Of a stretch of DNA of 64,000 bases, positions 19,133-29,179 are shown in pieces (the stretch's first letter is position 1; each line of letters opens with the position of its first letter). A model generated the notes under the pieces. That model worked only from the letters and a program-made list of their open reading frames with translations, ran no database searches and was not told where the DNA came from. The stretch comes from a virus. Taxonomy: Duplodnaviria > Caudoviricetes. Position numbers and translations under genes: made by a program. Where the stretch lies: the IMG/VR virus record IMGVR_UViG_3300037692_000137, positions 170,229 through 234,228 of that record. The stretch is one strand, 5' to 3'.

Positions 19133-19378
19133 TTATAAAATGGCTTCGTTAGTAATAAGTGCTTTTATATGCACCTGATTACTATTTATATCAACTACTT
19201 TTCCGAAGGCCTCACAAGCTTGGTTGTAACATGTGAATAGAACAACCATTTCATTAACTCCCCCTGCCCTAAAAAATTGACCTATAGGTTCTAAGCTGGT
19301 TTCTCCACAACACTCACAATAATGCTTGCTACTATTACACATACCTTTATTCATACAGTTCTGACAACTTAAGTTCAT
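19133..19378 (-). CDS. Cys-rich hypothetical protein (81 aa)
   Basis: AGGAGG SD; several CxxC motifs. Confidence 0.5.
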   Translation of the reverse strand: MNLSCQNCMNKGMCNSSKHYCECCGETSLEPIGQFFRAGGVNEMVVLFTCYNQACEAFGKVVDINSNQVHIKALITNEAIL

Positions 19379-19400
19379 TTATAGTCCTCCTTTAAAACAA

Positions 19401-20252
19401 TTAAAACATTACAAGCGATTTTAGTATATCTAATAATGTCATTTTTTCATTTAGTCCTATAGCTTTTAGGTAAACTTCTCCAACAATCCAGCGTTCTTTT
19501 GAATAAAGCCTATCTTTATATAGTATTTTAACAAATACAATATTATCTGGGTATATCCTTACTATGTATATATCACCGTCATTTAGTACGGTGCGCTCAA
19601 TAAATGTGGTTTTACTTACTACATCACTTTGTTTAAAGCTTTTAAATGTTTTTTCACAATAAGCTATTTTCTCTTGTTCAAATTTAAGATGTTGTTTGTA
19701 ACTAAAATATTTAGCTGTTGTATTGGTTGTTGTAGGTAATATAAGTATAAAGCTTATTATAGCTATCCAACCTTTAAAAGAAAGCCCTAAAATCCACCGT
19801 TTAATTCTATGTAAAACACGTTTATCACTAAGTTTAGCTACATTAGCAGTTGGTATAATTATGTTGTCAGGAGATATTTCACCTCTTAAATGTTTGTTGG
19901 CTATGACTATAAACGCCTTAGCATCAGGTGGCTTTACCATAACCATTTCTCTAGGTACCTTATGAAACTCTACTAACTCTTTTACTACCTCTTCTGGTAA
20001 ATTTCTAGATAATATTAGACATTTATCTGGATCAGCCCCTCCCCTACCAACAAGTTCTAAGCCACTCTCTCTATTTTCTAGTATTGTGTCAATGATATAC
20101 AAATCATAGTCATACCGCATCATACGTTCTCGGGCTTCTTTTAAACTACTAACTGAATGCACTACACAGTCGTATGGCGCCAGTAATCCTTTGTATAGTT
20201 GTATCATAGCTAAACTTTCTTCAGCTACCAGCACTGCCCTTTTATTGGCCAT
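19401..20252 (-). CDS. Receiver (REC) domain protein with a TM segment and C-terminal domain
   Basis: VLVAEES...YDLYIIDT (phospho-Asp)...LILSR...MVKP; hydrophobic GWIAIISFILILP. Confidence 0.7.
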   Translation of the reverse strand: MANKRAVLVAEESLAMIQLYKGLLAPYDCVVHSVSSLKEARERMMRYDYDLYIIDTILENRESGLELVGRGGADPDKCLILSRNLPEEVVKELVEFHKVPREMVMVKPPDAKAFIVIANKHLRGEISPDNIIIPTANVAKLSDKRVLHRIKRWILGLSFKGWIAIISFILILPTTTNTTAKYFSYKQHLKFEQEKIAYCEKTFKSFKQSDVVSKTTFIERTVLNDGDIYIVRIYPDNIVFVKILYKDRLYSKERWIVGEVYLKAIGLNEKMTLLDILKSLVMF

Positions 20253-20265
20253 AGTTATAACCCCG

Positions 20266-21342
20266 TTATTTAAATATAATATCTAAATCATAATTACAGG
20301 CTTTTATAACTGCCAAGCAAGCCTCCACCACTTTATCGTCATACAATTTTCCAGAGCCCTTAGTTATCTCCTCCATAGCCACATTAATACCTAGAGACGC
20401 CCTATAAGGTCTATGCGATGCCATAGCTTCTACTGTATCTGCTACACCTAGTATCCTAGATTCTATAGATATCTGATCCCCTCTTAAACCATTTGGATAT
20501 CCAGATCCGTCTAGTCTTTCATGATGCTGTAATACCATTCTAGCTATTGGTGCTTCAAAAGGAATGTCACTAATTATATTGTATCCTTCTATAACATGTT
20601 TTTTTAATAATTTAAACTCTGTCTCATTCAATTTGGTTGGTTTAACCAGTAGCTCTTGTGGCACATAAAACTTTCCTATGTCATGCAACATGCCAGCCAA
20701 CTTTATATTTTCTATTTGTGTTTCATCTAAACCATAATACTCAGAAATTTTTACGGCCAGGGCTGTAACACGCTTTTGATGACCGGCCGTATATGGATCT
20801 CGTATCTCCATAGTTTTTGATAAGGCCTCTACAGTTTTATATAAAATACTACTTAAGTCTTTATTGGCCACTGCTAATTTTTCATTTGTTGCTGCTAAAT
20901 TATCTGTTCTTTCTTTAACAAGCTTTTCTAGTTGTTGTTGATACATTTGGTTATCTCTAACCAAGTCATGTTTCTCTAAACACTGGGTTACAGAATGCTT
21001 TAATATTTCTAACGTTATTGGCTTAGTTATAAAGTCACAGGCACCTTTTCTCAGGGCCTCCACCACGAATTCATTACATGTATTACCTGTTATTATAATA
21101 ATCTGTGATGGAGGGTACAATGCTTTAATTTTATCCATTAAGTCTAGGCCCATAGCATCAGGAAGACCTATGTCTAATAGCACTATTGGTGGAGAGTACT
21201 TTTTAAACGCAACTATACCGTCCACCCCTTTAGTAGCATTAATTATATTATCGAACCCAATTACAGATAACATTGTACTTATAACAGATAATATAGACTG
21301 GTCGTCGTCTATTACAAGTATAGGTTCTTTTATTCTTGTCAT
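20266..21342 (-). CDS. REC-HD-GYP cyclic dinucleotide phosphodiesterase (RpfG-like)
   Basis: REC VIDDD/LLDI/IITG/TKP; RDPYTAGHQKRV, LHDIGK, HHERLDGSGYPNGL, VADTVEAM, HRPYR all intact. Confidence 0.93.
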   Translation of the reverse strand: MTRIKEPILVIDDDQSILSVISTMLSVIGFDNIINATKGVDGIVAFKKYSPPIVLLDIGLPDAMGLDLMDKIKALYPPSQIIIITGNTCNEFVVEALRKGACDFITKPITLEILKHSVTQCLEKHDLVRDNQMYQQQLEKLVKERTDNLAATNEKLAVANKDLSSILYKTVEALSKTMEIRDPYTAGHQKRVTALAVKISEYYGLDETQIENIKLAGMLHDIGKFYVPQELLVKPTKLNETEFKLLKKHVIEGYNIISDIPFEAPIARMVLQHHERLDGSGYPNGLRGDQISIESRILGVADTVEAMASHRPYRASLGINVAMEEITKGSGKLYDDKVVEACLAVIKACNYDLDIIFK

Positions 21343-21375
21343 TTAAAGTCTCCAAAAAATCTGTAGAGTGTTTAC

Positions 21376-21690
21376 TTACGGAGTAGTTAGTATAGACAAT
21401 AACGTATCAATTTGTTCTATACTTAAACCTAATTTTATAGCTAGATCTGCTTTTGCTTCTAGCTTACTATCTTCTGTTACAGTACCGACCAGTAATAACT
21501 CATATACGGTAGGTGGTGACGGCACCGGATCTAAAGCGTTATGTGCTTCTTCTTCTGTATCAAACCAATACCACCCGTCCATAGGGTAAGTATATGTTTC
21601 ATGCAAGTCCGCGCGTAGTGTAAAAGTGGGGGCATACACAAAGTTGTCTGCTACTAATAGTATTTGGCTATCCATTTTATAGAACGACAT
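21376..21690 (-). CDS. Hypothetical tail-fibre accessory protein (104 aa)
   Basis: TYPMDGWYWFDTEEEA; directly downstream of the LRR fibre gene. Confidence 0.5.
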   Translation of the reverse strand: MSFYKMDSQILLVADNFVYAPTFTLRADLHETYTYPMDGWYWFDTEEEAHNALDPVPSPPTVYELLLVGTVTEDSKLEAKADLAIKLGLSIEQIDTLLSILTTP

Positions 21691-21700
21691 AATAATCTCC

Positions 21701-24595
21701 TTATGATCCTGCTACTGTCCAACCTTTTGCAGTAGCTATAGATGGGGTATCTAAAGGTATACCGTGGTTCCCTGTTACAGTTATTGTTTGTCCGGATACG
21801 GTAGCTAAATTGGTATATAGTAAGTCTAAACTTTCGGAAGAAAGATTGCAGTTTGCTACTGTAAAAGTATATTTAAACCCAATAGCCTCTACACATGCCA
21901 GATTTGTGCAGCCAAAAAACATATTAGAATAGGCTGAGGATGATGAGGCTTTGTTAACATTAATAGCAGGAACCAAATTTAAAGTATTACAATTTTGGAA
22001 CATGGTTCCAAAAGCAGTACCATTAGCTGTATTTAATAGTGGTATAGTTTGTAGTGATGAACAATTACTAAACATACCAGTAAATGTTATACCTGCTACT
22101 GTATTTAATAAAGGTATAGTTTGCAAAGAAGAACAACCATTAAACATACTACTAAAGTTAGTACCTAATGTGGTATTTAATAAAGACATTACACGTAAAG
22201 AGCTACAATTAAAAAACATATAACTAAAGTTAGTACCTTTGGCCGTATTAATAACAGGCATTTCTTCTAAAGAATAGCAGCCATAAAACATGTAATTAAA
22301 ATTAGTGACGTTAGCGGTATCCAACAAAGGTATGGTTGGTAAAGATGGGCAGTTTTTAAACATATAACTAAAAGTGGTACAGACTGAAGTAGTAAGTGTA
22401 GGTATTTTTTGTAGGGATAAGCAGTTTTCAAACATACTATTCATGACAGTAGCTTTACTAGTATCAATTAAAGGGATTGTTTGTAACGTAGAGCAATTAA
22501 CAAACATATAACTAAAGTTAGTACCCTTAGATGTATTAAATAGAGGTATGGTTTTTAATGATAGGCAACCATAGAACATGTTATTAAAATTGGTGCAGTT
22601 TGACGTGTCTAGTAACGGAAGTTCCTGAAGAGAAACACAATCATAAAAAGTTGAGCTAAAACTAGGGCATTTAGAGGTATTAATCAAGGGTATGGTGATT
22701 AATGAGTAGCAGCTATAAAACATGTTTATAAAATTAGTGCCATTACTTGTATTAATTAAAGGTATGGTTTGTAGAGATCTACAATTAGAAAACATGTAAC
22801 TGAAGTTGGTAACTAAACTTGTATCAAGTAGTGGTACGGTAATTAATGAATAACAACTTGAAAAAGTGCTAGAAAAATTTACACAACTACTTGTATCCAA
22901 AAGAGGTATCTCTTTTAAAGAGTAGCAATATGTGAATGTATTACCAAAATTAGTTACATTAGTGGTATTAAATAAGGGTATTTCAACTAATGAGTTGCAA
23001 CCATTAAACATGTAATAAAAATTTGTTGCGTTGGCAGTGCTTAATAAAGGAACTATTTGCAAAGCAGTGCAACCAGTAAACATATAACTAAAATCAATAC
23101 CTAAAGATGTATCAAATAAAGTTATGGTTTGTAATGCCGGGCAGTCTTGAAACATGTGGCTAAAATTAGTGCAGTTATCAAAACTCATACTACCTGTAGT
23201 TAGTAGTGATCTACAGCCACTAAACATATACATACAATACGTACATGAGTTTGCTGTTATATCTGGAGCCGTCTGCAAAGAGTAGCAATATGAAAACATA
23301 TATGAGGTAGTGGTAGCAACCGGTAGTACTATATTACCTATTTCAACTAAAGATGTGCAATGATCAAACATGTATTCAAGGGTTACAGCTGCAGATAAAT
23401 CCAATTGAGGTACTGACAGTAGAGAGTAACAATTTTGAAACATTCTATCGAGAGTAACACCACTAACAAGATTTATTGCTGGAATAGCCACTAATGATGT
23501 ACAAAAGTTAAACATGTTACCAAACGCAATTCCAGTAGAAAGGTCCAATAAAGGTATGGTACCTAAACTATAGCAATTCATAAACATACTTGAAAATATA
23601 GTACCGTTTGAAGTGTCAATTAATGGTATTTCTTGTAAAGAATAGCAGTTATAGAACATAGAATTAAAATTAGTGACGTTAGCGGTATTAAATAATGGTA
23701 TAGTAATAAGAGATATACAATTATAAAACATATTCAGGCAAGTAGTGCCGTTGGTTGTGTTAAATAGGTTAACATCCTGCAATGATGTACAGGCGTAAAA
23801 CATACTACTGAAAGTAGTACACGCTGTTGTATATAAATCTACACTTCTTAAACCACTGCAACTGTAGAAGATATAACTAAGGTCTGTAATATTGTTTTGG
23901 TATAACTTTACTTGTTCTAAACGTGAAAAACCTATGTATTGATTTCCTGCAGTATAACAACCTACCAGTAGCGTAGATAAATTTGCGCCAGCAATGGCTA
24001 TATCAATAAAGCCTGAATCATACTTTTGTAGATTAGCTTTATTGTGTTTTCTATGAAGGTCTAATACAGTTAAACTTTGACCTGCTTGTGGTATAATAGT
24101 TACTATGGCCTGTTTATAGCCACGAGAACACTCAGTACCATCAAGATTAGCATTATTGTAATCATACTCATGATAGGCCACTACACTGGAAGTATAGTTT
24201 TCTACAGTACCATCACCCCAATCTACAGTATAATCACCATCAGCAGTTAGTGCGCAAAAGGACTCATATTTAGATACCGCATGTAGCCCTACGAACTTCT
24301 CATCAGCACCTGATATAGTAGGTAACTCCAACCAGTCATCAGGTCTTTCCCAAGGCGTACCGCTAGTAGTTAAATTATCGTAAGATAGGGCATAGTTTGG
24401 GAATATTACAGGGTCTTTAGGTAGGGTTATACCGCTGCCCCCACCAGTACCAGAAATGGTTATATCGTCTATTTTTCCAGCATAGGATCTAAAAGTAGTA
24501 TCTACAGGAACAGTACCTCCTTTATTAATTATAGACTGTCTAATAAGATCCTTGGTATCATTTAAGTAAGTTAGTTTTTCGGCTATAGTAGTCAT
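21701..24595 (-). CDS. Receptor-binding-type protein with BspA/DUF285-like leucine-rich repeats (964 aa)
   Basis: Roughly 28 repeats of about 23 aa (LQTIPLINTSNGTNFSYMFxNCxS); N-terminal IAEKLTYLNDTKDLIRQSI tail-fibre-type anchor. Confidence 0.75.
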   Translation of the reverse strand: MTTIAEKLTYLNDTKDLIRQSIINKGGTVPVDTTFRSYAGKIDDITISGTGGGSGITLPKDPVIFPNYALSYDNLTTSGTPWERPDDWLELPTISGADEKFVGLHAVSKYESFCALTADGDYTVDWGDGTVENYTSSVVAYHEYDYNNANLDGTECSRGYKQAIVTIIPQAGQSLTVLDLHRKHNKANLQKYDSGFIDIAIAGANLSTLLVGCYTAGNQYIGFSRLEQVKLYQNNITDLSYIFYSCSGLRSVDLYTTACTTFSSMFYACTSLQDVNLFNTTNGTTCLNMFYNCISLITIPLFNTANVTNFNSMFYNCYSLQEIPLIDTSNGTIFSSMFMNCYSLGTIPLLDLSTGIAFGNMFNFCTSLVAIPAINLVSGVTLDRMFQNCYSLLSVPQLDLSAAVTLEYMFDHCTSLVEIGNIVLPVATTTSYMFSYCYSLQTAPDITANSCTYCMYMFSGCRSLLTTGSMSFDNCTNFSHMFQDCPALQTITLFDTSLGIDFSYMFTGCTALQIVPLLSTANATNFYYMFNGCNSLVEIPLFNTTNVTNFGNTFTYCYSLKEIPLLDTSSCVNFSSTFSSCYSLITVPLLDTSLVTNFSYMFSNCRSLQTIPLINTSNGTNFINMFYSCYSLITIPLINTSKCPSFSSTFYDCVSLQELPLLDTSNCTNFNNMFYGCLSLKTIPLFNTSKGTNFSYMFVNCSTLQTIPLIDTSKATVMNSMFENCLSLQKIPTLTTSVCTTFSYMFKNCPSLPTIPLLDTANVTNFNYMFYGCYSLEEMPVINTAKGTNFSYMFFNCSSLRVMSLLNTTLGTNFSSMFNGCSSLQTIPLLNTVAGITFTGMFSNCSSLQTIPLLNTANGTAFGTMFQNCNTLNLVPAINVNKASSSSAYSNMFFGCTNLACVEAIGFKYTFTVANCNLSSESLDLLYTNLATVSGQTITVTGNHGIPLDTPSIATAKGWTVAGS

Positions 24596-24600
24596 ATTAT

Positions 24601-24849
24601 TTATTCACCATTTATGGCATCAAGTGCAGCACCAATATCGCCTATAACTGACGCACTTACACCTATCTGTGCCCAAACATTAGGGCTTATACTTTTTAGC
24701 ATCCACCTTGTATCATCGCTAAGTTGGTGCACATCTTTACCTACATCATCCGCTACTAAATCTGTTGCTGCTAACCTATCCGCCGCATCAGCGAATAGTC
24801 TAATGTATGGATCAATGCTTATGGTGTTAGAATATTTTGTAAAAGCCAT
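24601..24849 (-). CDS. Hypothetical virion protein (82 aa)
   Basis: AGGGGG SD; within the tail module. Confidence 0.55.
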   Translation of the reverse strand: MAFTKYSNTISIDPYIRLFADAADRLAATDLVADDVGKDVHQLSDDTRWMLKSISPNVWAQIGVSASVIGDIGAALDAINGE

Positions 24850-24862
24850 CTATAACCCCCTA

Positions 24863-25201
24863 TTATATTAATATGTTTACTTTTATACTATCGGTTCCAG
24901 AAGATAGTTTTATTACCTTTGTTTGTGTGTCAGAGTAATTTTGTACTGTATAGTCAGTATTATATCTTACCTCGTACAGTCCGTCTTCAGGTATAAGCTC
25001 TAAAATTTGTACTAGCCTAATCCCATCTGTATCTGACGCGTGTGTAGCGGTTACTTCTTGATTTTGACTAACCCCACTAAAGGTAGTTTGTACTACAGAG
25101 ACAGAGGAACCTCCTATAAAACTGTCTTCGCCAAAGTTATCCACAGCTATGGTGTTAATCTCTGTTATTTCATTGTTTAGTACTTGTGAATAATTTACCA
25201 T
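24863..25201 (-). CDS. Virion protein, paralogue family A (112 aa)
   Basis: MVNYS...SF...TH...ELIP..GLY...DYT...KVNIL shared with the next two genes. Confidence 0.65.
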   Translation of the reverse strand: MVNYSQVLNNEITEINTIAVDNFGEDSFIGGSSVSVVQTTFSGVSQNQEVTATHASDTDGIRLVQILELIPEDGLYEVRYNTDYTVQNYSDTQTKVIKLSSGTDSIKVNILI

Positions 25202-25214
25202 GTAGTTATCCTCG

Positions 25215-25556
25215 TTAAGCTAATAAGATATTAACTTTAATAGTAGCAGTACCAGAAGACACTTTAGTTACTGTTGTTATAGTATCAGACTTATTTGACA
25301 CAGTATAGTTAGCAACGTCTTGTAAGTGGTATAAGCCACTACCTACTTGTAGTTCATAAACCTGAGCTATTATGCCTGAAGCATTACTGCCATGTGTTAT
25401 TATGACGGTGTCATTTTGTCCTATGTTACTAAACACATTTTGTAGTGTACTAGAAGCAGTTCCTCCGTCGCCAATAAAACTGTCAGCCCCGTATTCAGTT
25501 GCCACAGTATTTATTTCTTTTATGTAGTTATTAGTTATTAATGAGTAATTAAGCAT
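25215..25556 (-). CDS. Virion protein, paralogue family A (113 aa)
   Basis: MLNYS...DSF...TH...QVYEL...GLY...NYT...KVNIL. Confidence 0.65.
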   Translation of the reverse strand: MLNYSLITNNYIKEINTVATEYGADSFIGDGGTASSTLQNVFSNIGQNDTVIITHGSNASGIIAQVYELQVGSGLYHLQDVANYTVSNKSDTITTVTKVSSGTATIKVNILLA

Positions 25557-25576
25557 AATGTATTCTCCAAAGTATA

Positions 25577-28219
25577 TTAAGGCAATATAGTATTAACTTT
25601 AACATTACTACTACCAGCACTAGTTTTTACTATTTTTGTGGTTGTACTAGATGTATTTGTTATTGTGTAGTCTGAGTTCATTTTAAGCGTATAGAACCCA
25701 TATTCATCGTAGTTTAAAGTTACTTGGTCTAAACTGGGTGTTACTGTAGAATTGCTGGTATTAAATAGAAAAGCAAAGTCCAAAAAAGGTTCTGTGGTTA
25801 CATAGTAGTTTGCTAATGCTGTCTCTAATTCAGTAGTAGTATTCCATCCAGCTGTATTAGCTATACCGGGATGAGTAACAAATGAGGAGCCATTCCAGTT
25901 TTTCCAAGTTACTCTACCATCAAAGGATACTAAGCAGCCAAGAGAGGTATCGCTGGGCTTTAAAGTGTCTATGGCTAGTGAGTTTATTTGAACTACGTGC
26001 GCTAGATTTATTTGATTATCATCAGAGGTGGTTACATATTTAGGTATAATGGTGTATCCCATATTAAGTTCTAACATTTCTACCTCTGATATTTGTAGTG
26101 TGTCGTTGGTAGTAGCATTCCGGTTACATGCAGTAATGTTCAGTCTGTACCACCTATAGGCAGTAGTATTGGAAAAAGTGTAGGCTTTTATCTGGCTATA
26201 AGAGGAGGGCTCCCCCGTTCTAGTGTCTAAGGTTATCCAAGTTCCATTTGTTATACCATCAGTTGAATCGTTAGATGCTTGAAAGGTCCAATCTTTTGGT
26301 AGCATGTCAGCATAAGTATTTGATATACCAGTTAAAGTATATCTAACTATTATTTTTTCATTTCCGGCGCCAAAGTCATATCCCAGGATAGCAGGTAGTA
26401 TGCTTTGATACCAGTACCATGAAGTACCATTGCTATGTCCCCCTCTAATATTGTCAAAAGCTTTAGCCGGAGTATTAGTACCGTATACCTCACCATTTCC
26501 AAAAGCTTTAGTGCCATCAATACATACGTCAACTGTATATAAATAAGGTATTCCCAAAAAGCCCGCAGTATAACCGTCTGGCACGCTGTAAGTAAAAGGG
26601 CTCCCCCCAAAGTTTGCAGTAAGTGTAGTTAGTGGTTTATTATCTCTACCAGAAACCGCTACAAAATAAGGGGCATTTTTTGTAAATGTAGCTGTATATT
26701 CAAAAACACCGTTTATGTAATAAGTTACTTGTTTGTTGTCCGCGTCTATAGCTAACCCCACTGTGCTACCTGTACCAAATATGGCCGTTCCGGTTTTTAC
26801 TACGGCAGCACCTACATATATAGCGCTATTTTGTGCGTCTAAACAAGTAGCACTAGTTGCCGTAACTGAACTCATCAAATTATTGTTTAAAACAGCATCA
26901 GTAGAAACAATACCAACAAAAGAGTCGTAAGTAGCTGATGCCTGATCACAATGTATTTCACAATAGTATTTACCTGTTGTTACACTTAAAAGTGTAGTTA
27001 CTATATCATTATCAGGCACATTGGCAGTAAGGTTACCATTACTTAGAACAACACTAGCACCCTTTGTTAAAGGACTAAAGGTGGTAGGCGCTATACTAGG
27101 CACCAAATTAAGTTGTGCTATTGCGTCTACAGTAGTTGAATCAGACACATATAAAATATTACTATCTGAGTTTAAAAATAAACTAGCCACAGAGCTCACA
27201 TACTTACCTACTGGTAAGGATATTAAACCATAAACGGCCGTGGTTATATCCCATGGCGTAGTTAATACACATTGATACACGTATAGGCTTAAGTTACCAC
27301 CAATAAATAATGTGGTTCCGTCATTAGATAAACAAAAGGCCACTACTCCGCCATCTATCGAGTTTGCATTAAAAGCACCTATAAAAGTTATAGTACTTAA
27401 ATCCCACGGAGTGGTTAAAGTATATTGACTTATAATATCAGTAGAAATACTTACAGAGTATAACCTTGTTCCATCAGCATTAGCCCACAGCTCAACAGAG
27501 GTTACGGCTTCTCCTTGTGTGCCCATAGTGTAGTAGGTAACTTCTGTGGTAGCTGTGCTAATATCCCATGGGGTACTTAAATTTAATCTTTTTATTCTGT
27601 CTGGTGTTGTGTTGGTGGTTGCAACCAATACTATAGTACCGTCCTCATTTATTACTATACCTTCGACATCTACTATGTCATATGACTTATTAGTATAGCT
27701 AATAGTGGTTATATCCCATGCCGTGCTCAAGGCATACTGATGTATTTTATCAGTGATTTTATCTGCTACATAAACCTTAGTTCCATCAGCACTAATACAA
27801 AAGTCACTATGTGTTGTCGCCTGTGTTATAGCCCCTTTTCCTATGCAAGTTGCGATTGGCAAGTAAATCCCGCCGGAGCCCGTTGACCGTTTTAGTTTAA
27901 CCATACCACCAACAAACTCAGTGCCGCTTACAGTGTCTTCTTGTATAAACTGATCCGCATCAATTAAGTCAAAGTCTAGTGACGTGTTAACTATATTATC
28001 TGTCGCCGGTATCAGTTCATAGACCTGTGTTATACGTTTATCTAAAGTATCCTCAGCATGCGTTACAGTTGCTATACCGCTTTGTGTAACATTATTATAA
28101 GCATTACTAATCATATTAACAGAACCACTATCGGAAGTAAAACTACTAGCTCCTTCTAGTACTGCTTTATCGTTAGCAGTCTTTATTTGGGTGTTGATTA
28201 ATTCTGAATAATTGACCAT
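25577..28219 (-). CDS. Tail fibre/receptor-binding protein (beta-propeller-like repeats, SPRY/ConA-like and F5/8-discoidin-like domains; 880 aa)
   Basis: QYxLxTPWDxxT repeats; GKYYCEI...VGLAIDADN (SPRY); PKDWTFQASND...W..LD...YRWYRLNIT (discoidin). Confidence 0.72.
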   Translation of the reverse strand: MVNYSELINTQIKTANDKAVLEGASSFTSDSGSVNMISNAYNNVTQSGIATVTHAEDTLDKRITQVYELIPATDNIVNTSLDFDLIDADQFIQEDTVSGTEFVGGMVKLKRSTGSGGIYLPIATCIGKGAITQATTHSDFCISADGTKVYVADKITDKIHQYALSTAWDITTISYTNKSYDIVDVEGIVINEDGTIVLVATTNTTPDRIKRLNLSTPWDISTATTEVTYYTMGTQGEAVTSVELWANADGTRLYSVSISTDIISQYTLTTPWDLSTITFIGAFNANSIDGGVVAFCLSNDGTTLFIGGNLSLYVYQCVLTTPWDITTAVYGLISLPVGKYVSSVASLFLNSDSNILYVSDSTTVDAIAQLNLVPSIAPTTFSPLTKGASVVLSNGNLTANVPDNDIVTTLLSVTTGKYYCEIHCDQASATYDSFVGIVSTDAVLNNNLMSSVTATSATCLDAQNSAIYVGAAVVKTGTAIFGTGSTVGLAIDADNKQVTYYINGVFEYTATFTKNAPYFVAVSGRDNKPLTTLTANFGGSPFTYSVPDGYTAGFLGIPYLYTVDVCIDGTKAFGNGEVYGTNTPAKAFDNIRGGHSNGTSWYWYQSILPAILGYDFGAGNEKIIVRYTLTGISNTYADMLPKDWTFQASNDSTDGITNGTWITLDTRTGEPSSYSQIKAYTFSNTTAYRWYRLNITACNRNATTNDTLQISEVEMLELNMGYTIIPKYVTTSDDNQINLAHVVQINSLAIDTLKPSDTSLGCLVSFDGRVTWKNWNGSSFVTHPGIANTAGWNTTTELETALANYYVTTEPFLDFAFLFNTSNSTVTPSLDQVTLNYDEYGFYTLKMNSDYTITNTSSTTTKIVKTSAGSSNVKVNTILP

Positions 28220-28326
28220 TAGTATTATCTCCTATTTAAACACACATCTTTTTATTATTGTTATTACAGATTTTTTAACACGCACCCAATTAACCACATG
28301 TACGACCACCATGTTCTAAAAGCAAG

Positions 28327-28593
28327 TCAGTGGTCGTGGTCTAAAAGCAAGTCATTAATAAACTGGAACCACTGCTCCTCCACGGACGCCAGTATGATAC
28401 CAGGCACAGGTCCAAATGCCTTAACCATCAGTTCCCTTTCTTTATTGGTGGTATGCAACAGGTTGTTTATACTGAAGTATAAATCCATCAAATCAGGTGT
28501 ATCCATACCTTTAATAATTCTAGTTAAACAGTTGTTACATATAGCCTTGTTATCAGGGTTATTAGCTTTACAATGTCTGTCTATGCACTTCAT
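28327..28593 (-). CDS. Hypothetical protein (88 aa)
   Basis: AAGGGA SD; Cys-rich N-terminus. Confidence 0.5.
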   Translation of the reverse strand: MKCIDRHCKANNPDNKAICNNCLTRIIKGMDTPDLMDLYFSINNLLHTTNKERELMVKAFGPVPGIILASVEEQWFQFINDLLLDHDH

Positions 28594-28681
28594 AATATGT
28601 CCCTTAAGTTTCTATAATATACATAGGATAGTTTATTAAAAAACAAGGCTCTTTATCATAATATATAAAACACTAATAACA

Positions 28682-28924
28682 CTACCATATAAGTAGATTA
28701 CTACTATATTTATACATGTGCATTCTCTTAAAATCTAATTCATAAGTATCCACTATATTACTTGGTAAAACGTGTAACAACTGTTTTAAAGCTAAAGTAG
28801 CATAACAGTCTGCTGACACCAGCTGTTCTAGTGTAACACAGCTATTATAAACCCGTCTAACTTTTTTTATCAAAGCCAAACTTTTTTTATACTCTAATTT
28901 ATCCTTATTTCTTACGATAAACAT
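28682..28924 (-). CDS. Hypothetical protein (80 aa)
   Basis: GGGAGGGG SD. Confidence 0.5.
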   Translation of the reverse strand: MFIVRNKDKLEYKKSLALIKKVRRVYNSCVTLEQLVSADCYATLALKQLLHVLPSNIVDTYELDFKRMHMYKYSSNLLIW

Positions 28925-28960
28925 AAACCCCTCCCCTCACAGACTACAAGTTATTTTAAT

Positions 28961-29179
28961 TTAGTGTAGTATAATATTTACTAATGTACACCTCTCTTTA
29001 GAGTAGTTAGCTTCTAAGCAATCCATTTCTAGCTTCTTACATCTACACTTGTAAACAACCTTGAACATCTTATTACTATCTACTATTTCCCATGCGTCTT
29101 GTCTACTACCATAAGGACACCTAAAGAAGTTATCCATCCTATCAACTCTTTTACTTATTAGTGTTTCATCTATTGCCAT
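28961..29179 (-). CDS. Hypothetical protein (72 aa), first gene of the left arm
   Basis: GAGGAG SD. Confidence 0.55.
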   Translation of the reverse strand: MAIDETLISKRVDRMDNFFRCPYGSRQDAWEIVDSNKMFKVVYKCRCKKLEMDCLEANYSKERCTLVNIILH

